NCBI RefSeq assembly: GCF_006345805.1
Contig: NC_043010.1
Coordinates: forward strand, 19,034,001 to 19,098,000
Source of the DNA: Octopus sinensis
Taxonomy: Eukaryota
Reading direction: 5' to 3'
DNA length: 64,000 nucleotides
This document shows, piece after piece, positions 47,229-59,920 of the stretch (position 1 is its first letter; every line of letters begins with the position of its first letter). The position numbers and the translations under genes were made by a program. The notes beneath the pieces are model-generated. The model saw only the letters and a list, made by a program, of their open reading frames with translations. It made no database searches and had not been told where the DNA came from.

Positions 47229-49848
47229 TCCACAGACACAATGCATACCCTTAACGTAGTTCTCAGGGAGATTCAGCATGACATACAATGCCACAAGGCC
47301 GGCCCCTTGAATTCCAGGCCCCACTGATTTTTGCCAGCTGAGTGGAACTGAAGCAACATGAAATAAAATGTAAGGACCCTTTGTAAATCAATGGGACAGC
47401 GACCTACTTCTGCTAAACTCAGTCAACTGTATCAAATAATGATTGTGTAGAACAATTGATATTTGTAAATATATCAGTGCAATTAATCACTCTCGTTAGG
47501 TGTGACTTTGGTCTTAATGGCTGCAACGGTTATTGGCAGTCATAATACTTAGTGTTGTATTGACAGCTAGAATATAGATTATCCAGGATTATCCACCATT
47601 TTCCCAACCACGGACTTGGGGACGTTTTTGAATTCCATGTCTAACTCTTGTGGATATATTTTACCTTTTACCTTTTATTTATTTCAGGGATTGGAATGTG
47701 GCCATGCTGGGGCAAAACTGCCTTGAAGAACTTTTAGTTGAATGAATTGACCCCCCAGGACTTAATTTAAAAAAAAAGCCTAGTGCTTACTCTGTCAGTC
47801 CCCTTTACTGAGCTGCTAAGTTACAGGGACACACCAACACTGGTTGCCAAGCGGTGGTGGGGAGGGATGGACATACACACACACAAACACATTGAGCTTC
47901 TTTCAGTTTCCGTCTACCAAATCCAATCCCAAGGCTTTGGTTAGCATGAAGCCATAGTAGAAGACAATTGCTCAAGGTGCCATGCAGTGGGACTGAACCT
48001 GGAACCATGTTCTTCATGATTTCCAGGAACATTTTTCCCCACTCAGACCTGCTGAAGCATGGAATAAACCACCTGCATCAGTTGTCGGCTGGCGAGACAA
48101 TACATCCTTCAAAAGTACCATCCTTCCTGAAATTCCTCAACAGTAGTACACCTGATGTGTGGAGGCACATAGCTGAGTTGTTAGAGCAGCGGACTTGCAA
48201 TTGAGGGATCACAGGTTCAAATCTCAGACCAGGTGATGTGTGTGTGTGTTATGAGCGAAACACCTAAGCTCTATGCAGCTCTGGCAGAAGATAATGTCGG
48301 ACCTCTATTGACACTTTTACTTTCTCTGATTCTTTTCTCCTGTATCTAGCAGCTCACCTGTGATGGACTGGCATCTCGTCCAGGTGGGGAACGTATACAC
48401 TAATGAAACCAGACAAGGCTCAAGAAGGAACAAACAACAACAACACCTGATGTGGTCCCCTATTTTTTTTTTCAATGACTTCTTCGCTGTTCACTTCCCG
48501 TGCATTATTCTGCAAATGGTCCGTACACTTTCGGCTACTTTTTCTGATGAGTTGCAGTGCATCTGAGCACTTTATACAATAAATTCATTATCATTAATTT
48601 GTACAATTAATTACTGAATAATATTAATGGGTTGAAAGATGGTAAGCTGGTAGAACCATTAGCACACCGGGCAAAATGCTTAGTGGCATTTCATCCATCT
48701 TTGCATTGGGAGTTCAAATTCTGCCAAGATCAACTTTGCTTTCATCCTTTCAGGGTTGGTAAAACAAATAAGTAAACATTGGGGTTGATGTAAGTGACCC
48801 GATCCCCAACCACTGAAATTGCTGGCCTTGTGCCAAAATTTGAAATCAACATTAATGGATAGAACACTTACAATTGGTAAGGATAAAACATACTTCTTAG
48901 TTTTGGTGGTTAAAAAATTTAATTTTGGTAGGAATAACAATACCGATGGCTATGATATCATTATTGATCCCTATAATACTTATTAATGGCTATAATTCTT
49001 AGTATTTGTCGGTATGGTAATTCTGGTAGGTGTAACAGTTGGTAGTTCTGATTATAAATGTTAGTATTGGTGACTGCAGTCGTTAGTAACAGGAACTATT
49101 CAAGTGATAGGAGTCAAGTTTAGTATATGTGGTCAATATAGTTACTGGTGATAAGGCAGCGAGCTGGCAGAAACATTAGCATGCCAGGCAAAATGCTTTG
49201 CGGTATTTCATCTGCCGTTATGTTCTGGGTTCAAATTCTGCCGATGTCGACTTTGCCTTTCATCCTTTCAGGGTCGATAAATTAAGTACCAGTTACACAC
49301 TGGAGTCGATATAATCGACTTAATCCCTTTGTCTGTCTGTGTTTGTCCCCTCTATGTTTATCCCCCTTGTGGGCAATGAAGAAATAAGAAACAAGAATCG
49401 TAGTAAGCCGGGAGAAATGCTTAGCAGCTTTTTCTCTGTTTACATATTCTTAGTTCAAATTCCACCGAGGCTGACTTTGTCTTTCATCCTTTCTAAGTCA
49501 ATAAAGTAAGTAGCAGTTGAAAACTGGGGTCCAATATAGTTACTGGTGGTAAAACTAATTACTGATAACTAAATTAATTACTAGTGGATGTAATAGTAAT
49601 GATGCTTAGAATAACAATTGGTAGCTATAATAATAGCACTGACAATTATAACAATTAGTATGGTAGTTGCAGCAATTATCAATGGCTAAAATAGTTATGA
49701 AAGTTAAAATAGTTCTTAGTACAAAATGAATTCAAATACTAACCCAATATGTAGATATGACAGCTGGTAGTAGTAAGAAACATGGGTAAACACCAACTAT
49801 ATTTGTAGATATGATAGTTAGGAATAGAAAATATGGAGAAGTACTCAC

Positions 49849-49942
49849 CATGTCTGAAGAAATGTGTCTTGATGTTTACATTTATAGACTTTGGATCAAA
49901 AGTTTGTTGCGGTTGGGAGGTGAGTTCACATCCAACATGACA
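49849..49942 (-). CDS. Candidate exon (CHVGCELTSQPQQTFDPKSINVNIKTHFFRH) or 5' exon ending in ATG
   Basis: Consensus donor ACATG|GTGAGT, long upstream pyrimidine tract ending CAG, and a CT-rich tract further upstream (50070-50152). Confidence 0.3.
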
Positions 49943-50524
49943 CTGTACTTGTTAAGTAAGGATATGGGGTAGAAGCAGAGGAGAACGAAAAGCAGACAAT
50001 CGTGAATTTTGAACATCAGGTTATTAGTTATTGATTTGATTTGCTGTAGAGTAATGTACTAAAAAATGTGAGGGAGAGCGAGAGAGAGAGAGAGGGAGGG
50101 AGAGAGGGAGGGTTGGAGGGGAGAGGGAGGGAGAGGGAGGGAGAGAGGGAGTACCAATTGATTTATTTTGTATCAATATCGGAATGCCTGAGTGTTTCAG
50201 CCTTGACTTAAGATCACAAACGTTGGTTCTCAGTTCATCTCTAGTGAAATGGTAACAGCTGGTTCAGTAACGTTGTTGACAAGGATTTTGTCTCAGATAT
50301 CTTTAGCATTTTGACACACGCACACACACACACACACACACAAATATATATATAAGAAAAAATGGGATTAAAAATTCTTGGCAGCTATCAAGTAAGCACT
50401 CAGTAGAAAGGAACGAGGTTAAATTTCCAACAAGTCGATTCCAGTAAATGTATGTAGAATACAAATATTATTGGTTGTTTTATACATACATACATACATA
50501 CATATATATATACACACACACACA

Positions 50525-51580
50525 TAATCATCATTTAATGTCAGTTGACCATGTTGGCATGGGTTGGACGGTTTGACCAGGGCTGGAAGGCTGCGCCAGA
50601 CTCCAGTCTGTTTTGGCATGGTTCCTACGGCTGGATGCCCTTCCTAACACCAACCACTCCAAGAGTGTAATGGGTGTTTTTACGTGCCACCAGCATGGGT
50701 GCCATTTGTGTGACTCCAGTATTCGTCATGACTGTGATTTTACTTGGCTTGGTGGGTCTTCTTCTCAAGCATGACATAATACCAAAGGTCTCAGCCATTA
50801 CTTCTGTGAGACCCAACTCTCGAAAGGAACTCGGTCACTCTGCCTCCATGAGACCCAACATTCAAAGGTTGATTTTCTCCTTTACATGCCACCAGCACAG
50901 CTGCACTTGGCTTGACGGGTTTTCTCAAGCACAGAACATTGCCAAAGGTCTCAGTCACTAGTCATTGCCTCTGTGAGGTTCAAAGTTCAAAGGTCATGCC
51001 TCACCACCTCGTCCAATGTCTTCCTGGATCTACCTCTACCACAGGTTCCCTCCACAGTTAGAGATAGGCACTTCTTCACACAGCTGTCCTCGTCCATGCA
51101 CATCACATGACCATACCAGCACAGTCATATTTCTTGCACACCACATCCGATGCCTCTTATGCCCTACTTTCCTCTCAGGATGCTTACACGCTGTCGTGTA
51201 TGCACACCAACATAACACATTTAGCAGAGCTTACTAGCTTCATTTCTTTCAAGCCTACACATGTCCTCAGTTGTCATAGCCCATGTTCCACTGCCATATA
51301 GCATAGCTGTTTGCACACAGCCATCATACAATCTGCCTTTCACTCTGAGAGAGAGACCCTTTGTTGCCAGCAGAAGCAGGAGCTCTCAATCTTATTCTGA
51401 CAGCTGTACTCATGGAGCATCCACTTCTGCTACTAACTCGATCACCTAGGTAATCAAAGCTATCTACTACCTCTAGCCTACCCCATTGGCAGTTGACAGA
51501 GTCTATTTTCGTGCATTTTCAGCATTTATTGTATCTGTGCATCTTCCATATACAAAGCTAGCTTCCCTGTTAACCTTCCT
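50525..51580 (-). mobile_element. 5'-truncated RTE LINE (same family as 9.4-10.5 kb)
   Basis: Minus strand reads LEVVDSFDYLG.., KVGxRGIGCGVQEI*LCWYGHVMCMD. The 3' UTR has family-C sequence and internal direct repeats. Confidence 0.85.
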
Positions 51581-52122
51581 CTGATATTGCTGTACCTTTT
51601 ATGTGTCATCCTTTCCGTGCATCAAACTAATACACCTGCTTCTTGTTCCTACACCTGTCTTCATCTTTTGTTTTTCTATAAATTTCAACCATATATTATA
51701 TGCTTATGTGGTCACTCCAGTTTGATCCTGACTGGACTTCCTACTCTTTGGACTCGCATTTCTAAACCTGAACTTTAAGTACCACTCCTCATCCACATAC
51801 CAGTGCTCCGCCCGGATTACCATTGGATCTACTGACTTTACTTTCACGGATTTCACTGGATTGTTTTGTTGATGTAAATCAATCCAATCTACACACACAC
51901 ACATACAAACACATGGTTAGATAGATATACACATATATATATATATATATATATATGTATATGTGTGTATATATATATATACGTTTTATTTATTATTTTG
52001 CACATTACTTAATCATTGGTTTAGTATTTTTATCTCATATTTAATATTTCTATTATATGTAATTTCCTAGATGGTGTAATTTAATTTTTCATTCTGAATT
52101 GATAAAAGGTGTTTTTTTTCTA

Positions 52123-52191
<69 letters not shown>

Positions 52192-52697
52192 TGCATATAT
52201 AATAAAATAATAATTATGAAATTATTGTATACAGTGCTCAGGTGCACCACAACTTGTCAGAAAGTGCATATAAAGTACATGCAGTAATGTAGAAATGTCT
52301 GGAAAGTGAACATTCTTGTGTGTGTATGGAGGGGAGAAAATCAAGTGTAGTGTTGGCGAATCTCAGGAAGCATGGAAGTCTTGAAGGATGCAGTGCTCCG
52401 ACAACTAACAACCGATGCCGGCAGTTTGTTCCACACTTCAGCAACTCTCAGTGTGAAAAAATGTTTCCTGAAGTCATGGGAGCTGTGCTGTTTATATATG
52501 TATATATAAATTTATAAACAGACACTAAGGCTGAAAATTATGGAAAAGAGAGACACACATAGGTGCTTTTTAGTAACAACTATAATTATATATTATTCAT
52601 ACTATAATATATGCTCCATTTAGAGTGACTAAACTGAATCAATTGACTGAAAATAGAGGAGCCGAACCACTGTATGAATAATATATAATTACAGTTG

Positions 52698-52738
<41 letters not shown>

Positions 52739-53112
52739 TGTATTTAACCCTTGAAAGATTATAACTAAGAATTGTGTTCTCATTCCATGTAGAATGAAAT
52801 GCTTTTGTGAATTTGAATTCAGTTCTCTTTTTTCAATGAAGACAAAGTCTAAGAATCACTTGAATCCTCAAAAGTAGGTCTGTGGATCAGAACGAAGCAG
52901 AAAGTTCCATGTTTTTATTAAAGTCGTAAGCTCTTGTGTTGGTGCCACATAAAAAGCACTCGGTCCATTCTCTGTAAAGTGGCTGGCATTAGGAAGGGCA
53001 TCCAGTTTCAGAAACCATGCCAAACAGACAATTGGATCCGGGAGCAGCTTTCTGGCTTGCCAGCTCCTGTCGCACCATCCAACCCATGCCAGTATGGAAA
53101 ACAGACATTAAG

Positions 53113-53197
53113 ATGACGATGATGATGATAATGATGATGATGACGATGATGATGATAATGATGATGATGATGATGACGATGATGAGTATGATGATGA

Positions 53198-53254
<57 letters not shown>

Positions 53255-53555
53255 TGAGGAGGAGGGTGATGATGATGATGAGGAGGAGGATGATGATGAT
53301 GAGGAGGAGGACGATGATGATGATGATGATGATGAGAATGATGATGACGATGATGATGATGACGATGATGAGGGTGATGATGACGACGATGGTGATGACG
53401 ATGATGAGGGTGATGATGATGATGAAGATGATGAGGTTGATGATGATGACGATGATAATGATGACGACAATGATGATGATGAGGAGGAGGAGGATGATAA
53501 TAACAATGATGATGATGAGGATGAGGATGATGAGGATGAGGATGATGATGATAAA
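53113..53555. repeat. Compound (GAT/GAC/GAG)n tract, expanded tail of a family-C repeat
   Basis: Starts directly after ..CCAGTATGGAAAACAGACATTAA. Explains the poly-Met/His/Ser/Ile ORFs. Confidence 0.95.
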
Positions 53556-54532
53556 CAAGAACAAAAAAAAAAATCAATTTCGATTCCACTGTTTACCATT
53601 TATTGGAATTGTTCAATTTATTTTTTTCTTTTATAAAGAATTAAAACTTGTTCTATGTTTGTATTGTGTCCCCGCCATCCCAGCGTTTGGGTTAATTAGA
53701 GAAAATAAATTAATTGTTTGAAGTTTGAGTCTTTTTACATTTCCAAATGTGATGTTACTTTTGTAGCGTAAAGGCAGAGAGTGCAAGAATTTGCTGAAAC
53801 ATTTCCTATGAATCCGGGGCATAGAAAAGCTTGGAAACCATGGTCCTCTACAATGGTCATCTTAAGGCAAATTGGACTGTTGTTTGGAGTGCCCCATGGG
53901 CCTAGGGAACCAGTTCTGCTCTATGTATACCATGGATTGCTGTCGTTAATTTGGGCAAAGGTCTTAATTGCTGTTAAGAGAGGCCCTGGTCCTATATGTT
54001 CCTTTCTCTTGTTAGAAATTGCAACTAAATCTCTCCCGCATCACACCCAACAGTTGTATATAAGAGAAGGACAAACTGTATAAGTTAACTCCTACATACC
54101 CTAAAAAGATGGAGAGGTCACGGCTGGAATGTTTATTATAAGTCGGGTCGAACTGCACCGACACGAGCAGCTGTAGAAAAGTAAAGCCACAAAAAAAAAA
54201 AAGAAAAAGAAAGAAAAGAAAGCAGTCGTAATTCTAAACCAATTTTTTATGGTAGAAGGGAAATAACTCTGTTTGACTGCACGCCCACATCAATTGATTA
54301 TCTTTTCTTTGTCAGCCAAGAATTAAACTTCTTCCGTAGTTGAACGACAGAAAATAAAATGGAAAGTGAGGAAAGGGTTAGAACGGCAATTTACAGAATG
54401 GAGGGAACGTTGTTGAACCAGAGACGTCACTTGTCTTACGTGATACTAGACTGGTAAGAAATAGGAGCTAAATCATCCCAAATCACAATCTATAATTTCA
54501 AATAAAGAAAGGACTCAGGGATATATAATCCT

Positions 54533-54576
<44 letters not shown>

Positions 54577-54889
54577 TAAAAAAAAAATGTTGGGTGGGTT
54601 TCCTGTTTGGAACCGCCCCTGGTCATAAATCTAATTTATCAGCGCGGATTTGAGGCTACACAACAAGATACTAGAGCCAACTTCTATGTGGTCATTCAAT
54701 CTGCTAGAAATAGCAGCCAGGTCAGGTGAAGACGGGCTGGTCACAGCTGGACGGCCTTTCTATCAATAATTTTTATGTCTGAGATGAGGCAAGTATGGCC
54801 ATAGTGTTGAGAAGTTTGCCTTGTAATCATATAGATCGAGGTTCAGTTCCACTACACGGCACTTTGAGCAGCTCTGGAGTGGATGTTAT

Positions 54890-55200
54890 CTACCTTAACT
54901 CCGTGGAATTCTTTGATTTCTGTGCCACACAAATGAATTTCAATGATACTCTCAGCAATGGAGACAAGGGCTAATCTTTGCAGTTGGTTTGAAGTTCTTT
55001 GTGCTCAGTTTAAAAGAGGAAAGCAGTGGTCACGGCACTAGGATAACCTGGTGTCCTGCAGGGATCTGTTCTTGGACCCTTGCCATTTGTTGCATATATT
55101 AATTAAATAAATGCCAACTTGAAGCATGTTACTGGGTTAAAATGCACAAATGACATCAAGCCAAACTTCAAGATAATAAGAATGGATCCTGTAAATCTTT
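54890..55200 (+). mobile_element. Degraded CR1-type RT fragment
   Basis: GVLQGSVLGPLPFVAYIN..LKCTNDIK resembles GVPQGSVLGPLLF..FADDTK. Confidence 0.65.
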
Positions 55201-55346
55201 ATTGCAATCCAATGACTTTATCTTTCAGGGTTGATAAAATAAGTACCAGTTGAACACTGGGGTTGATGCAATCGACTCAGCCCCTCCCTCCAAAATGGCT
55301 GCCCTTGTGCATTTAGCAGAAAGGATTATTATTATTATTATTATTA

Positions 55347-55380
<34 letters not shown>

Positions 55381-55399
55381 GTTGTTATTATTATTGCCT

Positions 55400-57500
55400 T
55401 TGCACAGCTTCTATCACTGGAGATGTACTACAGTGTCAGCTGTTCACTACCAGTGAACTAAGGTAACACCTCTTATTTTTCAAGCACCTTCCAGAGTATT
55501 TGAGCGGTTCCAAGCAGTGCTGTTTTCTGCAAGTGTTATTGTTATTGTTATTATTATTATTATTGTTGTTGTTTTTGTTTTATTTCTCAAAACATTCATT
55601 CTTGTTTGTTCTGGTAGATTCTGTAAGAGCAGACAGCATCCTGCTGTCAGATGTCTCACAGGGTCTCTTTCCACACATTATAAGCTTTGATACCTGGTTG
55701 TTAATTATCATGAGAGACATTCGACATCCAAGTACCAATCTCAAAATCCTAGCTGTCCCCCAGCAGAGCAGTTTTTTGGCCTTTGCTCTACTCTCATATC
55801 AATTCCGATTTCTCTGACATATTTCTTGAACTTGGTTGTTAATGATCCGAGTGGCCCTACAACTACTGGAATGACAGACACTCTCCTCATAGTCCACATT
55901 CTTACAATTTTGTCTTTTAGTAGTCTGTACTTTTCAATCTTTTCTAGTTCTTTGATCTTGGTTTCTAAAAATCCAACAGTATCTTATATTCCTTATTCTC
56001 AGTGACCCTCTCTGGTTCATGTTCGTACCATTTCTGTGTTCTGTTCAGGCCGTACTTTTCACATAGCCGCCAATGGACAAACTTAGCCATGTTATTGTGC
56101 CTCATTTTGTAGTGCTTTTGGGCCATCTTGCAGCACTCACTCGCAATGTTTGAGATTGTTTTGTTTCTGCTGCCACACATCCTACAAAGGGGCGACTCAC
56201 TACTCTTATCTATTTGGAACTTGATGTAATTAGTTCTCAGAGCTCGTTCCTGGGCGCTGCATATCAATACCTCTGCGCATCTTTTGAGATCTCTTTTTCT
56301 TAGCCATCTCCAAATATTGATCTTGTCTTTTCCTTCGATTTCTCTCAGGTATTGCCCATGCAGTGGTTCCATTTTCCATTCGTTTACTCTTTCTTTTTCA
56401 TCTTGCTTCTTAAATGTTTGTGGATGCATCACATTTTCGGTAGGTATTGTATTGCTAATTGTCATCACTTTTCTAGTTCTCCTGTCCATTTCCTCAAACT
56501 CGTTCTTTGTCCACCTAACAACACCTGCATCATACTGCATTAAGGAAACAGTCCATGTGTTCATTGCCCTGATCTTGTTTTTTTCCATTGAGTCTATTTC
56601 CCATAATTAACCTGGTTCTTCTGAGATATTCTTGCCTAAAGCTTTCCTTCATTTCACTTTCCTTGATTTTGTCGTATTCTAAAATCCCCAAATATTTACA
56701 TCCATTAGTCTCAATATCCTTGATTCGCTCTTTGATTTAGCTCCACACCATCAGCCGGCCCCTTTGTATTATAAGCATACCACACTAATTAGTCCTAAAT
56801 TCCATTCCAATGTCCTTACTGAATATCTGCATTGTTGAAACTAGATTGTTTATTTCACGTTTGGTCTTTCCAAAGATCTTTAAGTCTTCCATATATAACA
56901 GATGGTTCAATTTTTTTCTACTTTTCAAGGTGTACCCCTGATGTCACTTTCAGTAGTATCTGTGTGAGGGGTATCATACAAATCACAAACAGCAATGGTG
57001 ATAGGATATCTCCTTGAAATATGCCTCTCTTGATGTTGACCCTCGCCCAAAATTTTCCACATGAAGTTAACTCTGTACTCCAGTTTTTCATTGAACACCT
57101 AATAAAATTTGATACATTATCAGACACCTGTACCAGCTCAAGACCTTCTAAAATCCAGGAAGGAGGGACCATGTCATATACCTTCTTATAACCGATCCAT
57201 GCTATTCCCAGATTAGTAAGTCTTTTCTTGCAGTCATTCAGTACCATTCTGTCTATCAGAAGTTGGTCTTTTGTCCCTCAACTTTTCCTTCCTCACCCTT
57301 TCTGTTCCACTGGCACTTTGTCATTCGATTCCAGGCAGTTATACCATTAATTAGAGATTATTCCTGTCCTCAGCTTCCACATCAGGGGCAGACACGTGAT
57401 AAGCCAGTAGTTATCCACTGCATTGCCTTTGCTGGGATCCTTTTGGCAAAGTATTGTTTTACCAGGGATCTGCCACTTTGGGATTTGTACACTGTTGTTG
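55400..57500 (-). mobile_element. Dong/R4-clade LINE (RT + zinc knuckle + REL endonuclease), internally deleted
   Basis: [74 protein letters not shown]. (TAA)n tail near 55.3-55.5 kb. Confidence 0.9.
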
Positions 57501-57524
57501 ATCATATTATTATTATTATTATTA

Positions 57525-57950
57525 TTATTATTGAGTGAGAGAGCAGTGCATGCCATCAAAGTGACACTGGGATACAAATATACGAAGCCCAGTATACCTA
57601 TCATGACTACCTGTCTGATGAGGGTACACTAGGCACATGCATCACAACCTTATGAGTGCAACATGGTGATCTCATATCAAGATAAACAGTGATTGACCTT
57701 GCAGGTGGGGCCCAGTTAGAATTTTCTTCAGGTTGATTAGCCCATCCTACTCAAAAGGTCCTTGAATAAGGGTTTTTTAAGGATGTTGAATGAAACACCC
57801 ATGTTTCCAAAGGTGAATTATCCAAACCCTAAAGAATTCTTCTCAATACATGGCTATGATGCTCCCCACTACTTCTGCTTGTGATCAGAGATGCACATAT
57901 CATCAGCCTGGAAGGGACATGCTCAACTGGTTAAGGTCAAACGCTTGTTC
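57525..57950 (-). mobile_element. Interspersed (TAA)n-tailed repeat, truncated copy
   Basis: About 90% similar by eye to 58605-59170. Confidence 0.8.
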
Positions 57951-58560
57951 TGACGCACTCGTCCAGTGCCCGAGTATTGCTGACCTGTGGGTTTACGTCG
58001 AACAGCTACTGTTGCATATAGGACGGATCCAGCTATCAGCTGAATCCATAGTGAAGACTGCCTCACTGACCTTTAACTGGGAAGGCAAGACAATTTTCCT
58101 TTGTCTAGTGGCTGCAGTGAAAGAGGTGGTATGGTGGACCCATTTGAAAGGGCTAAAGTTAGACATTTTCCTCTTTGGCCAAGGCCTCATCAACTTTTTC
58201 AAGTTCCACTTGTAAAGGAAGATGAGAGTAGAGAGGGAAGTGCTGTCTCGTGGCAAATTTATTGAAAGGTGGGTGAATGTTGGGAAAATGGCCAGTATGA
58301 ACAGATCAATTCTGAGATTACACCTGCAAAAAAAAAGGTAATATAAAAGAGAAGGGGCTCTCTACCCCTTTCTGACCAGGCTCCCGTGGATTTTATGGGT
58401 TTTTCCACGAGTAACCTTTCAAAGTGCCTCCCACTATTGAGAGTCTTGTTTGTTATATTTTTCGTTGTTATTTGAATGTTTACACGGACCTTTCTTTTTC
58501 GCAAAACCCTTTGTACTCTTTGTCCTGTGTTTATCCTTACATGTTTTTTGATTTATGTTA
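57950..58560 (+). mobile_element. L1/Tx1-type LINE ORF2 C-terminus and 3' UTR
   Basis: ALVQCPSIADLWVYVEQLL..VKEVVWWT..FFKFHL*RKMRVEREVLSRGKFIERWV, typical of the zf-RVT tail of Tx1-like ORF2 (recalled). Confidence 0.7.
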
Positions 58561-58604
58561 GCCCTTGTGGCCAATAAACCAGAATTAATTATTATTATTA
58601 TTAT

Positions 58605-59170
58605 TATTATTGAGAGAGAGAGCAGTGCATGCCATCAAAGTGACACTGGGATACAAATATATGAAGCCCAGTATACCCATCATGACTACTCGTCTGATAA
58701 GGGTACACCAGGCACATGCATCACAACCATATGTGTGCGACATGGTGATTTTATATCAAGATAAACAGCACATGGCCTTGCAGGTGGGGCCCAGTTAGAA
58801 TTTTCTTCTGGTCGAGTAACCCATCCAGCTCAAAAGGTCCCTGAACAAGGGTTGTTTAAGGATGTTGAACGAAACACCCATGTTTCCAGAGGTGAAGTAT
58901 TCAAACCCCAAAGAATCCCTTTCAACACATGGCTATGATGCTCCACCACTACTTCTGCTCATGATCAGAGATGCACATATCGTCAACCTCTAAGGGACAT
59001 GGTCAACTGGTTATGGTCAAACAACTGACAAGCAAATCTGTGGTGTTGAGCAGAATATTTGCTGTAGCCTATCTTTTATACCAAGACAAAACAATGTACA
59101 TGATAACACTTCCAATCAGTTAAGATCAGAAGCCACGAGAGCCACTGCCTGGTACTGCACCAGGGCATTT
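58605..59170 (-). mobile_element. Interspersed (TAA)n-flanked non-coding repeat, longer copy
   Basis: Homologous to 57525-57950 and bounded by (ATT)n on both sides. No ORF recognised. Confidence 0.8.
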
Positions 59171-59570
59171 ATTATTATTATTATTATTATTATTATCATG
59201 ATCACTATCCTTCCATATCAGCCCTATTATTTTCCCCTCATACTTCAGTTGCTACATTTAACATATACTCACCATCTCATGTTTCATTTGTCACATAACT
59301 TCACTCTTCCTACCAAACTCACTGCGTTCCTCTGTAACCCTCTCCATTTTTATGTCCATTCAATGTCACTTGGGTCATTGTATGTCATTGAGCCATGGAG
59401 TGTCATGTTTCTTAAAACAGTCAAGTCTTTTGGGGGGGTGAGAAAGAGGGAGAGTGTTGGTGAAAAGGGTAAATGTATTCTTTTGTTCTATTACTCGTTT
59501 CAGACATTTGATTGCGGCCATGCTGGAGCACCACCTTAAAGCTGGAGCTCACACACACACACACACACAT

Positions 59571-59602
<32 letters not shown>

Positions 59603-59870
59603 CAAGTGAGAGAGAGAGAGACCCATTGCTACCAACAGAGATAACATGTTCAATTTTCTCCTACTCTTCTAATTTTTGCTACTACCACCACCACCACCAC
59701 CACTGCAACCACCACCACCACCACCGCCGCCACCACCACGACTGCAACCACTGTCACCACTACCTCCTGTAATACTACCTCCACAAAGTGAAAAGCTTCA
59801 AGGTAGAGGTGACCCTGAAATGGTTTCCCCAGCCAAACTTTAACGAGGAGCAATGAATTAATGTGTTTGT

Positions 59871-59920
<50 letters not shown>

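Noticed and set aside
53008-53721. Long poly-Met, poly-His/Arg, poly-Ile and poly-Ser ORFs (163-234 aa)
   Set aside because: All are frames of one (GAT)n-type microsatellite that extends a retroposon tail.
54316-54453. Apparent start-codon exon MESEERVRTAIYRMEG... with donor TG|GTAAGA
   Set aside because: The donor region resembles a decayed copy of the local repeat (..CTGCTAGAAATAGCAGCC, cf. 54675-54720), so the signal may be coincidental.
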